From an uncultured Clostridia bacterium (GTDB lineage Bacteria; Bacillota; Clostridia; TANB77; CAG-508), in assembly GCA_934133175.1 (NCBI GenBank), contig CAKPAX010000001.1, forward strand, positions 28,387 through 92,386: a stretch of 64,000 bases of DNA, given 5' to 3'. Made by a program: the position numbers and the translations under genes. Positions 1 through 10,572 of the stretch are shown in pieces; within the stretch, counting starts at the first letter, position 1, and the number at the start of each line of letters is the position of its first letter. Below the pieces are notes generated by a model, which made no database searches, had not been told where the DNA came from, and saw nothing but the letters and a program-made list of their open reading frames with translations.

Positions 1-689
1 ATAAAGATAAAGTTGAGAAATCTTTAAATAAATTAAAAGAAGAGGGAGTTAGTTTAATATATGCTAATTCTACTCAAATAGATGAAAATGATAAATTGTT
101 AAAAAAAGATTATTTTAAATATAAATGTATGCCTTTAATAAAAGGAAAGAATAATCATTTGGCAATTTCAAGATATGCAGGACTTGGTTGTTCACAAATT
201 TTTACTAAAGAAGTAAAAGAAAAGATTATACCATTTAAAAAAAGTGTTATGGCACATGATTGGCTTGCAGGGTTTGTTGCAAGTGAATTAAATGGTATTG
301 ATTACATAGACGATCCTTTATTTGATTATAGATTACACACAAATAATGTATTTGGAGGAAGAAGCTTATCACAAAATCTAAATAGATGGAAAGAAAGTAA
401 AGGAAAAAGTTATGAATCTTTTTTAGAGTATAGAAATAACGTTATAGATTCTGCTTATTTAAATGGTACCAAAATGTGTTTGGATTATTGTGAAAATGAA
501 AAAGATAAAGAATTTATTGAGAAGATTATAAAATATTATGAAAATTTAAAAAAATCAAAATATATTAATTTTCACTTGATTAAATATTTTAGATTTTTGG
601 GAGGAAAAAATCTTTTTAAAAAAATGATAAAAGAAATAGCAATATTTCATTTGCCAATATTATCTTGTATTATGTTTAAAAAGATATAA
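1..689 (+). CDS. glycosyltransferase (GT2-like), C-terminal part; 5' end lies outside the window
   Basis: The frame is open from nt 3 to the TAA at 687-689, so the TTG at 96 in the ORF track is internal. HDWLAGFVASELNGIDYIDDPLFDYRLHTNNVFG resembles the C-terminal region of family-2 rhamnosyl/glycosyltransferases. First gene of a glycan-assembly string. Confidence 0.6.
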   Translation, partial: KDKVEKSLNKLKEEGVSLIYANSTQIDENDKLLKKDYFKYKCMPLIKGKNNHLAISRYAGLGCSQIFTKEVKEKIIPFKKSVMAHDWLAGFVASELNGIDYIDDPLFDYRLHTNNVFGGRSLSQNLNRWKESKGKSYESFLEYRNNVIDSAYLNGTKMCLDYCENEKDKEFIEKIIKYYENLKKSKYINFHLIKYFRFLGGKNLFKKMIKEIAIFHLPILSCIMFKKI

Positions 690-703
690 AGAAAGGACAA
701 AAA

Positions 704-1495
704 ATGGAATTTATTAAATCAGTATTCAAAAATAAAAAATTAATATTGCAATTAGGAAAAAATGATTTTAGAAATAGATTTGCTAGTACAAGCTTAGGAT
801 CATTATGGGGATATGTACAACCATTTATATATATGTTTACATATGTAATAGTATTTCAATATATTTTAAAAACAGGAAGTGCAGGTAATGATCCATATCT
901 AGTTTGGTTTTTACCAGGTATGGCAATGTGGATGTGTGTAAATGATTCTATAATGAGTGCAAGTAGTTCAATAAGAAATTATAGTTACTTAGTAAAAAAA
1001 GTAGTTTTTCCAGTTGATATTATACCTGTAATTTCAATTGTTGCAACAGCATTTATATCATTATTTTTATTTGCAATAGTTATAGTTGTATGTTGTGCAT
1101 TTCGTTATGTTCCAAACTTTTTAATGATATTATATATATTAATTAGTGCATATGCATTTATAATATCAATAACAAGATTTACATCTGCACTTTCAACATT
1201 AGTACCTGATTTTTCACAATTACTAGGTGTTATAATGCAGTTATGTTTTTGGTTTACACCAATTGTATGGAATTTAAGTATGTTAAATGGACATCAAAAA
1301 TTACTTACATTATTTAAGTGCATGCCATTTACATATTTAGTAACTGGATTTAGAGATGCATTTATAGAAGGAAATATAGTATTAGAACAACATGGATTTT
1401 ATACAATTGTATTTTGGTTAATAACAATTGTTATGTTTGTATGGGGAAATTATATATTTAAGAAAAATAAAAAAGATTTCGCAGATGTGTTGTAA
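704..1495 (+). CDS. ABC-2 type polysaccharide/teichoic-acid export permease (Wzm/TagG-like)
   Basis: 263 aa with about 6 hydrophobic helices, directly upstream of a TagH/Wzt-like ATPase. Size and topology are typical of ABC-2 glycan exporters. Confidence 0.8.
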   Translation: MEFIKSVFKNKKLILQLGKNDFRNRFASTSLGSLWGYVQPFIYMFTYVIVFQYILKTGSAGNDPYLVWFLPGMAMWMCVNDSIMSASSSIRNYSYLVKKVVFPVDIIPVISIVATAFISLFLFAIVIVVCCAFRYVPNFLMILYILISAYAFIISITRFTSALSTLVPDFSQLLGVIMQLCFWFTPIVWNLSMLNGHQKLLTLFKCMPFTYLVTGFRDAFIEGNIVLEQHGFYTIVFWLITIVMFVWGNYIFKKNKKDFADVL

Positions 1496-1576
1496 ACAAT
1501 TATGAACATTTTATAATATTTTTATATTTTTACTGCGAAAATATGAAAATATTAATTAAGAAATGAGGAAAAAATA

Positions 1577-2896
1577 ATGGATAAAACTGATAATGATACA
1601 GTAATAAAAATAGAAAATTTAACAAAAGAATATAAAATGTTTGCCAGAAAAAAAGATAGATTTTTAGAAACTATAATTCCTGGATATACAAAACATGGAG
1701 TTTTTAAAGCTTTAGATAACTTTTCTTTAGAAATAAAAAAAGGAGAAGTATTAGGAATACTTGGAAAAAATGGTGCTGGTAAATCAACTTTATTAAAAAT
1801 AATAACAGGTGTTGTAACACAAACTAGTGGAAATATAGAAGTAAATGGAAAAATAAGTTCACTTTTAGAGTTAGGTGCAGCATTTAATCCAGATCTTACA
1901 GGACTTCAAAATATATATCAACATGGTCAAGTAATGGGATTAACTAAAGAACAAATTGAAGAAAAAAAACAAGATATAATAGATTTTGCAGACATAGGAG
2001 ATCACTTATATCAACCAGTTAAAACTTATTCTTCTGGTATGTTTGCACGTTTAGCATTTGCTTGTGCTATAAATGTTGAACCAGATATTTTAATTGTAGA
2101 TGAAGTTTTATCTGTTGGAGATATGGCATTTCAATTAAAATGTTTTAAAAAATTCGAACAATTTAAAGAAAAAAATAAAACAATAATTTTTGTAAGTCAC
2201 AGCATTAATGATATCTTAAATAATTGCAACAGAACAATAATATTAGACTCTGGTAAAAAAATATTTGACGGTGGGGTAAAAGAAGGAGTAGACAATTATA
2301 AGAGATTAATAACAGGAATGTTAAGTGACAAAAACAATGAATTTAGCAAAAAGAAAGAAAAAGAAAAATTAAAAGATGAAAAAGTTGCAGTTAGTATTGA
2401 TGATGAAAATACTGAATGGAAAAAATATTTTACAGTAAATCCTGATATGTTAACATATGGTAATAAAGAAGCTGAAATAATAGATTTTGGTATGTTTAAT
2501 TCAAAAGGAGAACCTGTAACATTATTAGATAGTCAAGAAGAAATAACAGTAAAAGTAAAAGCGATATTTTATAAAGATATAGAATGTCCAACATTTTCAA
2601 TGACAATTAAAAACTTTAATGGAAAAGAAATGTGTGGAACAAATACAAGTTTTAGAAATGTATATACAGGACTTTGCAAAAAAGATGAAACTTATATATG
2701 TGAATTTAAACAAAAATTCAAATTAGCTCCAGGAAAATATACAATCTCTTTAAGTTGTAGTAGATATGATGCAAATGGAGAAATAGTTGTTATAAATAGA
2801 AATTATGATGCTTTGATATTTGAAACAATGTCAACAACACCAATAGTTGGGTGCTTTGATATAGATACAATAATAGATTTTAAAAAAGCAAATTAG
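1577..2896 (+). CDS. glycan-export ABC transporter ATP-binding protein with C-terminal Wzt-type carbohydrate-binding domain
   Basis: Walker A GKNGAGKST, signature YSSGM, Walker B ILIVDE. An extra ~170-aa beta-rich C-terminal domain (from about nt 2400) follows, as in Wzt/TagH proteins that recognise capped glycans. Confidence 0.9.
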   Translation: MDKTDNDTVIKIENLTKEYKMFARKKDRFLETIIPGYTKHGVFKALDNFSLEIKKGEVLGILGKNGAGKSTLLKIITGVVTQTSGNIEVNGKISSLLELGAAFNPDLTGLQNIYQHGQVMGLTKEQIEEKKQDIIDFADIGDHLYQPVKTYSSGMFARLAFACAINVEPDILIVDEVLSVGDMAFQLKCFKKFEQFKEKNKTIIFVSHSINDILNNCNRTIILDSGKKIFDGGVKEGVDNYKRLITGMLSDKNNEFSKKKEKEKLKDEKVAVSIDDENTEWKKYFTVNPDMLTYGNKEAEIIDFGMFNSKGEPVTLLDSQEEITVKVKAIFYKDIECPTFSMTIKNFNGKEMCGTNTSFRNVYTGLCKKDETYICEFKQKFKLAPGKYTISLSCSRYDANGEIVVINRNYDALIFETMSTTPIVGCFDIDTIIDFKKAN

Positions 2897-2906
2897 GAGA
2901 AAAAAT

Positions 2907-4127
2907 ATGCAAGAAATTCATTTATTTATATTATGGGAAAATGCATTGGACCAAAAACAAGAAATTTTAAAAGATATGCAAGAAAGTTTTGATATTCTTG
3001 GTATGTATAATATAACATGGAGTAAAGAAAAATTTTCTGAAAACTTATCAAGATTTTATGGAACAAATTTACCCAAAGGTTGCGGAAAAGAAGAACATTG
3101 TGGAAATGGAACATTTTTACTTGTTGTAGTTAGATGTAATAATTCTAAATATGAAGATAGAGATACATCAAAAGGAATTCAAAGAGTAAATACATCTATG
3201 TTTGATAAAAAAACATATTATAGAGAATTAACAGGTGGAGGACATAGAGTACATGCAACAAATTCAGAAATAGAAACAAACCATGATTTAACATTATTAC
3301 TTGGTAAATCAATAAAAGATTTTGTTAAAGAAAATAATTCTTGGGATGGTAATGAAATAAATTTACAAAAAGATTTATTTGGGGCTAATGGATGGAGTGA
3401 TGCAAAAGAAATGTTTTATGCATTAAACAATTGCATAAATTATGCATTACTTAGAAATTATGAAACATTACCAGAAGAAATATATGTAAATGAACACAAT
3501 GATATAGATATAATATGTGATTCGTTTGAAAATGCAGCATATGTATTAAATGCAAAAAAAGTTTTTAATGAAGAATATAGAGTTCATTATAAAGCAATGG
3601 TTGGACAAGGTTTTGCAAACTTTGATTTAAGATACATTGGAGATGACTATTATTTTAAACAATTAGAAGAAGATTTATTAAAAACAAAAATATATAATGA
3701 AAAAGGTTTTTATACAATATCTAATGATTATTATTTTTACACATTGTTATATCATGCGTTATTGCATAAGCCAAGTTTTTCAGAAGATTATAAAAATAGA
3801 TTATCAAAAATGAATAAAGAGTTTGGAAATTTGGAAAATGAACGACAATATTTAGAAATGTTGCAAAAATGGTTAATACAAAATGAATACATTGTAACAA
3901 AACCAATAGATAAATCAGTTCAGTTTAATAAGGAAAATGCAAAAAGATTATCACCATTAGTATATAAAGACAATTCTAGTATGGAAGAAGCAATAATACA
4001 AAATGAAGAATTAAAAAATGAGAACAAAAGATTAAGAGAAGAATTAGTAAGTGTTTATAATTCTAAAAGTTGGAGAATAACAGAAGTTTTAAGAAAGATA
4101 TCAAAAAAGATAAAAAATGGGGATTGA
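2907..4127 (+). CDS. hypothetical protein with C-terminal coiled coil; possible glycan chain-terminating/capping enzyme
   Basis: SD site AGGAG 8 nt upstream. The central NEHNDIDIICD weakly resembles a nucleotidyltransferase-fold DxD. The C-terminal heptad-like segment ends NSKSWRITEVLRKI, a motif shared with the next gene. Confidence 0.6.
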   Translation: MQEIHLFILWENALDQKQEILKDMQESFDILGMYNITWSKEKFSENLSRFYGTNLPKGCGKEEHCGNGTFLLVVVRCNNSKYEDRDTSKGIQRVNTSMFDKKTYYRELTGGGHRVHATNSEIETNHDLTLLLGKSIKDFVKENNSWDGNEINLQKDLFGANGWSDAKEMFYALNNCINYALLRNYETLPEEIYVNEHNDIDIICDSFENAAYVLNAKKVFNEEYRVHYKAMVGQGFANFDLRYIGDDYYFKQLEEDLLKTKIYNEKGFYTISNDYYFYTLLYHALLHKPSFSEDYKNRLSKMNKEFGNLENERQYLEMLQKWLIQNEYIVTKPIDKSVQFNKENAKRLSPLVYKDNSSMEEAIIQNEELKNENKRLREELVSVYNSKSWRITEVLRKISKKIKNGD

Positions 4128-4132
4128 TTTGT

Positions 4133-5971
4133 ATGAAATTAAATTTAGATTTTTATAAAAATGAAATAAAATATAATGAATTATCTAGAGAAGAATTTTT
4201 AATAAATAATTACATAGGAAATTATAAAGAAGATGAATATGGAAAAATTATAGAAAGAGATAATAGTATAGAAAGTTTATATACATTATCAGATATGAGA
4301 AAAAATATAATCAATTGGTATCCATTTGAAAAAGATTGTACAATCTTAGAAATTGGTGCAAATTTAGGGCAAATAACAGGAGAACTTTGCAAAAATGCAT
4401 CAAAAGTAGTTTCGGTTGAATTTTCTAAGTTAAGGGGACAAGCAATTGCTAAAAGACATAGTGACAAAAAGAATTTAGAGGTTATAGTTGGAAATCTAAA
4501 AGATATTAAGTTTGAAGAAAAGTTTGATTATATAACTTTAATTGGAATTTTAGAATATGCGCCAATTATATATCAAACAGAAAATCCATATGAAGATTTA
4601 TTAAAATTCTTGAGTACATTACTTAAAGATAATGGAAAGATGTTAATTGCAACAAATAATAAATTTGGTATGAGAAATTGGGCTGTTATAGATTCAAATG
4701 ATAGAAACTTAGAGTATGATGCTATAATTTCTAAAATGGATAGTAAAAAGAGTCAGTATCTTTCTAAAAAGATGATTGATAAATTAATACAAAAAGTAAA
4801 TTTAGGACAAGCAAAATATTATTATCCACTTCCAGATTATGAATATGCAAATGTAATTTTTACAGATAAGTTTTTACCAAATAAAAATAATATTCATAGA
4901 AATATGACATTTTTTAAAGACAGTTATATAGTAAATTTTCATGAGAATAATGCCTATTTACAAATAATTGAAGAAGATGAAAATTTATTTAAATTTTTTG
5001 CAAATTCATATTTTATAGAAGTTGGTAAAAACTTTAAAGAAAACAATATAAAATATGTATCTTTCTGGAACAATAGAAAGCCTGAATATAAATTAAAAAC
5101 CATAATGGAAGAAGATAAAGTTTATAAATATCCAGAAAATGAACTTGCAAAATCTCATATCGAGAAAATAAAAAACAATATAGATGTTTTAAATAAAGCA
5201 AACATTAAAGTTTTAGATCAATATGATGAAGAAAAAATTATAAGCAATATTATAACAGAAGCTAAGCCATATGATGAATATGTTTTAGAAGAGGGGAATA
5301 AAAACGGGATAGATGGAATTATTAAAGCAATTAATAATTTTAAAGGAAAAATATTAGATAAATTAGAAATAACCAATAATGTTAATAATGTATTTGATAA
5401 TTATGGTATTTTTTATAAAAAAGAAGAAATAAAAGATTTAACTTTTGTAAAAAATGGTCTATGGGATTTAAACTTTCAAAATTGTTTTATAAAAGACAAT
5501 GAATTATTCATATATGATCAAGAATGGGAAGATGATAAAATACCATTAGAATTTATTATATATAGAGGAATAGAAATTTTTACACAATTAAGAAATATTA
5601 TAAATACAAATGAATTATATGAAAAATTAGGTTTACAAAAATATAAATCATTATTTGACAGATTAGAAGAAAAAATAGATGGTAAAATATATGATAATTC
5701 AATACGTCTCGCAAATCATAGACCCATGAAAAATGTAAGAGGATTTATTGTTGAAAATAGTGATTTAAAAACCAAAAATATATTTTTAAGTAGTGAACTT
5801 CAGAAATTAGAAAAAGTAAATAATATAACAGAAGAAGAAATTAGTAAAATGAGAAAACAAATCGAAAATCAACAAAATACAATAAATGAAATTGAAAATT
5901 CAAAGGGATGGAAGTTAACATTAAAAATAAGAAAAGTGGTTTCTTGTTTTAAAAGAAAAGAGGAAAAATAA
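4133..5971 (+). CDS. class I SAM-dependent methyltransferase with long C-terminal coiled-coil extension (WbdD-like architecture)
   Basis: Contains ILEIGANLGQITGELC...VVSVEFS (SAM-binding motif I region). The C-terminus is a coiled coil ending NSKGWKLTLKIRKV. I prefer the ATG at 4133, just after the upstream stop, to the track start at 4070, which overlaps the previous gene. Confidence 0.7.
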   Translation: MKLNLDFYKNEIKYNELSREEFLINNYIGNYKEDEYGKIIERDNSIESLYTLSDMRKNIINWYPFEKDCTILEIGANLGQITGELCKNASKVVSVEFSKLRGQAIAKRHSDKKNLEVIVGNLKDIKFEEKFDYITLIGILEYAPIIYQTENPYEDLLKFLSTLLKDNGKMLIATNNKFGMRNWAVIDSNDRNLEYDAIISKMDSKKSQYLSKKMIDKLIQKVNLGQAKYYYPLPDYEYANVIFTDKFLPNKNNIHRNMTFFKDSYIVNFHENNAYLQIIEEDENLFKFFANSYFIEVGKNFKENNIKYVSFWNNRKPEYKLKTIMEEDKVYKYPENELAKSHIEKIKNNIDVLNKANIKVLDQYDEEKIISNIITEAKPYDEYVLEEGNKNGIDGIIKAINNFKGKILDKLEITNNVNNVFDNYGIFYKKEEIKDLTFVKNGLWDLNFQNCFIKDNELFIYDQEWEDDKIPLEFIIYRGIEIFTQLRNIINTNELYEKLGLQKYKSLFDRLEEKIDGKIYDNSIRLANHRPMKNVRGFIVENSDLKTKNIFLSSELQKLEKVNNITEEEISKMRKQIENQQNTINEIENSKGWKLTLKIRKVVSCFKRKEEK

Positions 5972-5973
5972 TT

Positions 5974-7872
5974 ATGAATGAAAAAAAGAGAATTAGAGAT
6001 ATATTATTTCCAGAGGGAAGAAAATTAAGAAATTTTTTAAGATTATTAAATAAAATAATTAAAAATTTGAATGCTCAGAATATTAAAAAATTTTTAAAAT
6101 TGGCAAAACAAAAAGGAGTTATAAAAGCCTTAAAAGACACTAAAAATATATTATCAGGAAGAGTTGAAGTAGATAGAAAAACAACTTATCAAAAATGGAT
6201 AGAAGAAAATGAACCAACAGAAGCAGAATTGGAAGAACAGAGAAATACTAAATTTAAAGTAAATCCAAAAATAAGTATATTAGTGCCACTGTTTAATACT
6301 CCAGTAAATTTCTTTGATGAATTAGTTCAATCATTAATAGATCAAACATATAAAAATTGGGAACTTTGTTTGGCAGATGGAAGTGAAACTCAAAATCCAG
6401 AATTAATGAAAATAGTGGAAAAAGATTCAAGAATAAAATACAAATTTATGAATGAAAACAAAAATATTGCGGGAAATACAAACGAATGCCTAACATTAGC
6501 AACAGGAGATTTTATAGCATTACTTGATCATGATGATTTACTTCCAATATTTTCTTTGTATGAAATAGTGAAGGCTATTAACGAAAATCCAGGTGTTGAA
6601 TTTATATATACAGATGAAGATAAAATAATGAGAGTAAAAGAAAATAGAGTAGACCCATATTTTAAACCGGATTTTTCACCAGATACTTTAAGAGCAAATA
6701 ATTATATAACACATTTTAGTATTTTTAGAAAAGATATAATGGACAAACTTGGAGGGGAAAGAAGCAAATATGATGGAGCACAAGATTATGATTTGATTCT
6801 TAGAATGTCAGAAATTGCAAAAAATATTGTTCATATTCCCAAAATATTGTATCATTGGAGAATACATCCAAATTCAACAGCAGAAATGCCAGATGCAAAA
6901 CCATATGCTTATGAAGCGGGAAGAAAAGCAGTAGAAGATCATATTGAAAGAATAGGATTAAAAGGAACAGTTGATTTTGGAGAAACACCTGGAGTATATC
7001 AAGTGCAATATGATGTTATAGGAAATCCAAAAGTTTGTATATTAATTCCTAATAAAGATGCTGTTGAAACATTAAAAACTTGTATAAATTCATTATTAAA
7101 ATATACTACATATAGTAATTATGAAATAGTTGTAATAGAAAATAATAGTACAGAAAAAGAAACATTTGAATATTACGAAGAAATAAAGAAAAATCCTAAA
7201 GTTAAAGTAGTGTATTATCCAATAAAACAATTTAATTATTCTGGAATAATTAATTATGGAGTTAAGAATTGTGATGGTGAATATGTTTGTCAATTAAACA
7301 ATGATACAGAATTAATCACTCCTAATTGGATAGAAAAAATGTTAGGTTTTGCTCAACAAAATGACATTGGAGCAGTAGGGGCAAGATTATATTATCCAGA
7401 TGGTTCAATTCAACATGCTGGAATTGTTGTAGGGATTTGTGGATTAGCTGCAAATATGTTAACTGGACTTCCAAAAGGAAATCATGGATATTTTGCTAAA
7501 GAAGGCTTAATTCAAGATATGAGTGCTGTTACAGGAGCTTGTCTATTTAGTAGAAGAGATATATATGAAAAAGTTGGATATATGGATGAAGAAAATTTTG
7601 TAGTAGCATTTAATGATGTTGATTTTTGCTTAAAAATAGGACAACTTGGAAAACATATAGTGTATAATCCTTTTGTTGAATTTTGGCATTATGAATCAAA
7701 AACAAGAGGATATGAAGATACACCAGCTAAGAAAGAGAGATTTGAAAGAGAAAGTAATAACTTTAAAAATAAATGGAAAGATTTTATTGCAAAAGGTGAT
7801 CCATATTATAATATTAATTTAAGAGATGATACAGCACAATATGAAATAAAAAATTATAAAGTAACAAAATAA
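5974..7872 (+). CDS. two-domain family-2 glycosyltransferase (likely polymerising GT)
   Basis: Two GT2 signatures: ISILVPLFNTP...DHDD and VCILIPNKDAVE...NNDTE. Confidence 0.85.
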   Translation: MNEKKRIRDILFPEGRKLRNFLRLLNKIIKNLNAQNIKKFLKLAKQKGVIKALKDTKNILSGRVEVDRKTTYQKWIEENEPTEAELEEQRNTKFKVNPKISILVPLFNTPVNFFDELVQSLIDQTYKNWELCLADGSETQNPELMKIVEKDSRIKYKFMNENKNIAGNTNECLTLATGDFIALLDHDDLLPIFSLYEIVKAINENPGVEFIYTDEDKIMRVKENRVDPYFKPDFSPDTLRANNYITHFSIFRKDIMDKLGGERSKYDGAQDYDLILRMSEIAKNIVHIPKILYHWRIHPNSTAEMPDAKPYAYEAGRKAVEDHIERIGLKGTVDFGETPGVYQVQYDVIGNPKVCILIPNKDAVETLKTCINSLLKYTTYSNYEIVVIENNSTEKETFEYYEEIKKNPKVKVVYYPIKQFNYSGIINYGVKNCDGEYVCQLNNDTELITPNWIEKMLGFAQQNDIGAVGARLYYPDGSIQHAGIVVGICGLAANMLTGLPKGNHGYFAKEGLIQDMSAVTGACLFSRRDIYEKVGYMDEENFVVAFNDVDFCLKIGQLGKHIVYNPFVEFWHYESKTRGYEDTPAKKERFERESNNFKNKWKDFIAKGDPYYNINLRDDTAQYEIKNYKVTK

Positions 7873-7902
7873 AAGATGTAAAAAGAAAGGAAAAAACAAA
7901 AA

Positions 7903-8850
7903 ATGGATAAAATATCAGTTATAGTATCTTGTTACAATGAAGAAAAAGCATTACCATTATTTTATGAAGAAATGGAAAAAGTAAGAACAAAGGATTTTGA
8001 AGGAATTGATTTTGAATATATTTTTGTAGATGATGGCTCAAAAGATAATACATTAAAAGAAATTAAAGAATTAAAAGATAAGGATGATAAAGTAAGATTT
8101 ATTTCTTTTTCTAGAAATTTCGGTAAAGAAGCAGCCATGTTTGCAGGAATAGAAGCATGTACAGGAGATTATGTTACATTGATGGATGCAGATCTACAAG
8201 ATCCACCTGCACTCCTTAGAAAAATGTATGACACTATAAAAAATGATGGATATGATTGTGTTGGTACAAGGCGTGTTACAAGAAAAGGAGAACCACCAAT
8301 AAGAAGTTTCTTTGCAAGAATGTTTTATAAAATAATAAATAAAATGTCAGACATAGAAATGGTAGATGGAGCAAGAGATTATAGACTAATGACAAGGCAA
8401 GTAATAGAAGCTATAAAATCACTAAAAGAATATAATAGATATTCTAAAGGGTTATGGAGTTTTGTAGGATTCAAAACAAAATGGCTTGAATATGAAAATG
8501 TTGAAAGAGTTGCAGGAGAAACCAAATGGTCTTTTTGGAAATTGTTTAAATATGCATTAGAGGGAATAACAGCATTTTCAACAACACCACTTATAATATC
8601 ATCAATTGTAGGAGTATTGTTTTGTTTGATTGCATTTATCATGATTTTAGTTATTGTTATAAGAACATTAGCTTTTGGAGATCCTACAAATGGTTGGCCA
8701 TCAATGGTGTGTATAATCTTTTTTGTAAGTGGTATCCAATTATTTTCTTTAGGGATAATAGGACAATATTTATCAAAGACATATTTAGAGGTTAAAGATA
8801 GACCTATTTATATAGTAAAAGAGACAGAAAAGGATTTTATTAATAAATAA
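7903..8850 (+). CDS. polyprenyl-phosphate glycosyltransferase (GT2, GtrB/ArnC-like)
   Basis: ISVIVSCYNEE, VDDGSKD and DADLQDPP motifs plus two C-terminal TM helices. Confidence 0.85.
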   Translation: MDKISVIVSCYNEEKALPLFYEEMEKVRTKDFEGIDFEYIFVDDGSKDNTLKEIKELKDKDDKVRFISFSRNFGKEAAMFAGIEACTGDYVTLMDADLQDPPALLRKMYDTIKNDGYDCVGTRRVTRKGEPPIRSFFARMFYKIINKMSDIEMVDGARDYRLMTRQVIEAIKSLKEYNRYSKGLWSFVGFKTKWLEYENVERVAGETKWSFWKLFKYALEGITAFSTTPLIISSIVGVLFCLIAFIMILVIVIRTLAFGDPTNGWPSMVCIIFFVSGIQLFSLGIIGQYLSKTYLEVKDRPIYIVKETEKDFINK

Positions 8851-8862
8851 GGGGGATTACAT

Positions 8863-10464
8863 ATGAAAATTAATAAAATAATTAAATTTATTTTAATAAT
8901 GCTAGTAAGTTTTTGCATAATTCAATTTTTACCAAATAATAGAGTTGAGGCTGCCTCAAAACCTAATCTAAAAGTGACCTATAGTTACGATTCTAAAAAA
9001 GATGTAGTAACTGTAAAAGTAAAATCAAATATAAAATTGAAAAAAAATAAACCAAGTTGGACTTTAAGTAAGAATAAAAAAACGTATTCAAAAAAATTCT
9101 ATGTAAACGAAACATATTCAACTAAATTTACAGCTCAAAATGGAAAAAGCAAAACAATAAAAATAAAAGTGAAAAAAATAAAAGGACCTAAAGTTACAGT
9201 TAGTTATAAATATGATAAAAATACAAATAAAGTAAAAGTTACAGTGAAGTCTAATAAAGAAATGAAAAAAAATAGTGTTAATAATAAGTGGATTTTAAGT
9301 AAAAACAAGAAAACTTTTACAAGAGATTTTTCTGTAAATACCAAATTTAATATAACAATAAAAGATAAGTATGGGAACAAAACTAAAAAAGGAATTAATG
9401 TTAAGGGAATAGATAAAAAGGGTCCACAAATGACTATAAAATATTTATATAATTCTACAAATAATACAGTTACAGTTATTGCAGTAGCTAATGAAGAATT
9501 AAAAAATACAAAGCCTAGTTGGACTTTAAGTACAGATAAAAAAGTGTATACAAAAATATATGCAAAAAATGAAAAACAATATACAACAGAATTTCAAGAT
9601 AAATATGGAAATAAAACACAAACTAATATACAAATAACACAAATAGATGATATAGCTCCACAAGTGTCTATTTCAACAAAATATAATTCAGATAAAAGAT
9701 CTGCTGTTGTAAAGATATCATCTAATGAAGAATTGTATAATACAGATCCAACATGGAATATAAGTGGCGATAGAAAAACTTGTGAAATAACATATAAAAA
9801 AAATAATACATATAATCTTGTATTGCAAGATAAATGGGGAAACAAGACAAATAAAACTGTAAAAATATCAGGATTAATTGCAGTAGGAATAGATGTATCA
9901 CAACATAATAATAGAATAAATTGGGTAGAAGTAAAAAATGATGGGATTGATTTTGCTATGCTACGTTTAGGTTGGATTGGAAATAAAGAAAATCATACTT
10001 TAGATACATTTTTTAAAGAAAACTATGATTCTTGTAAAAAATTAAATATACATATTGGAATTTATGTTTATTCTTATGTGGAAAATGAAGAAGCAGCTAA
10101 AAATGCTGCTAAATGGACTGTAGAACAATTAAAAGATAAAAAAATAACATATCCTATTTATATAGACATTGAAGATGATCAAATTGAAAAATTAGATGTT
10201 CAAACTTTGACAAATATAACTAAAACATATTTGGAAGAACTAAAAACAGCAGGTTATAGTAAAGTGGGAATATATGCGAATAAAAACTGGCTTATAAATA
10301 AACTAGATATGTCTCAATTAGAGAAGTATGAAATATGGTTAGCACATTATACATCACAAACAGATTATTCAGGAAAGTATGATATGTGGCAATATACAAG
10401 TTCTGGTGATGTAAATGGAATACAAGGTAGAGTTGATATGGATTATAGTTATAAAACATATTAG
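8863..10464 (+). CDS. secreted GH25 muramidase (lysozyme) with four N-terminal ~78-aa repeats
   Basis: Signal peptide MKINKIIKFILIMLVSFCII...VEA. C-terminal GIDVSQHNNRINW...DFAMLRLGW...WLAHY...WQYTS is a GH25 catalytic-domain pattern. Confidence 0.8.
   Translation: MKINKIIKFILIMLVSFCIIQFLPNNRVEAASKPNLKVTYSYDSKKDVVTVKVKSNIKLKKNKPSWTLSKNKKTYSKKFYVNETYSTKFTAQNGKSKTIKIKVKKIKGPKVTVSYKYDKNTNKVKVTVKSNKEMKKNSVNNKWILSKNKKTFTRDFSVNTKFNITIKDKYGNKTKKGINVKGIDKKGPQMTIKYLYNSTNNTVTVIAVANEELKNTKPSWTLSTDKKVYTKIYAKNEKQYTTEFQDKYGNKTQTNIQITQIDDIAPQVSISTKYNSDKRSAVVKISSNEELYNTDPTWNISGDRKTCEITYKKNNTYNLVLQDKWGNKTNKTVKISGLIAVGIDVSQHNNRINWVEVKNDGIDFAMLRLGWIGNKENHTLDTFFKENYDSCKKLNIHIGIYVYSYVENEEAAKNAAKWTVEQLKDKKITYPIYIDIEDDQIEKLDVQTLTNITKTYLEELKTAGYSKVGIYANKNWLINKLDMSQLEKYEIWLAHYTSQTDYSGKYDMWQYTSSGDVNGIQGRVDMDYSYKTY
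8956..9870 (+). repeat. 4 tandem ~78-aa protein repeats (unassigned Ig-like/cell-wall-binding candidate)
   Basis: Recurrent pattern V-[ST]-Y.YD....V.V.V.SN..[LM]....P[ST]W.LS..KK.[YF]...[FY]......F.D.[YW]GN seen four times. Confidence 0.7.
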
Positions 10465-10470
10465 AGTAGA

Positions 10471-10510
10471 AAAAGACTATACAATAAAAATGAATGTATA
10501 GTCTTTTTTT
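10471..10510 (+). terminator. rho-independent terminator
   Basis: Stem aaaagactataca / tgtatagtctttt followed by a T-run. Confidence 0.75.
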
Positions 10511-10572
10511 GTGGAAATAATATCCTTTGACTGGCTTGAAATTGTCATGTTACAATAATATTGGGTGATATT

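Noticed and set aside
4070-4132. Upstream-extended starts in the ORF track (4070, 10561, 12267, 18481, 23970, 41103, 43807, 46178, 54414, 57492)
   Set aside because: In each case an internal ATG has a correctly spaced SD and/or removes an overlap with the preceding gene. The extensions lack ribosome-binding sites or, as at 23970, contain the SD itself.
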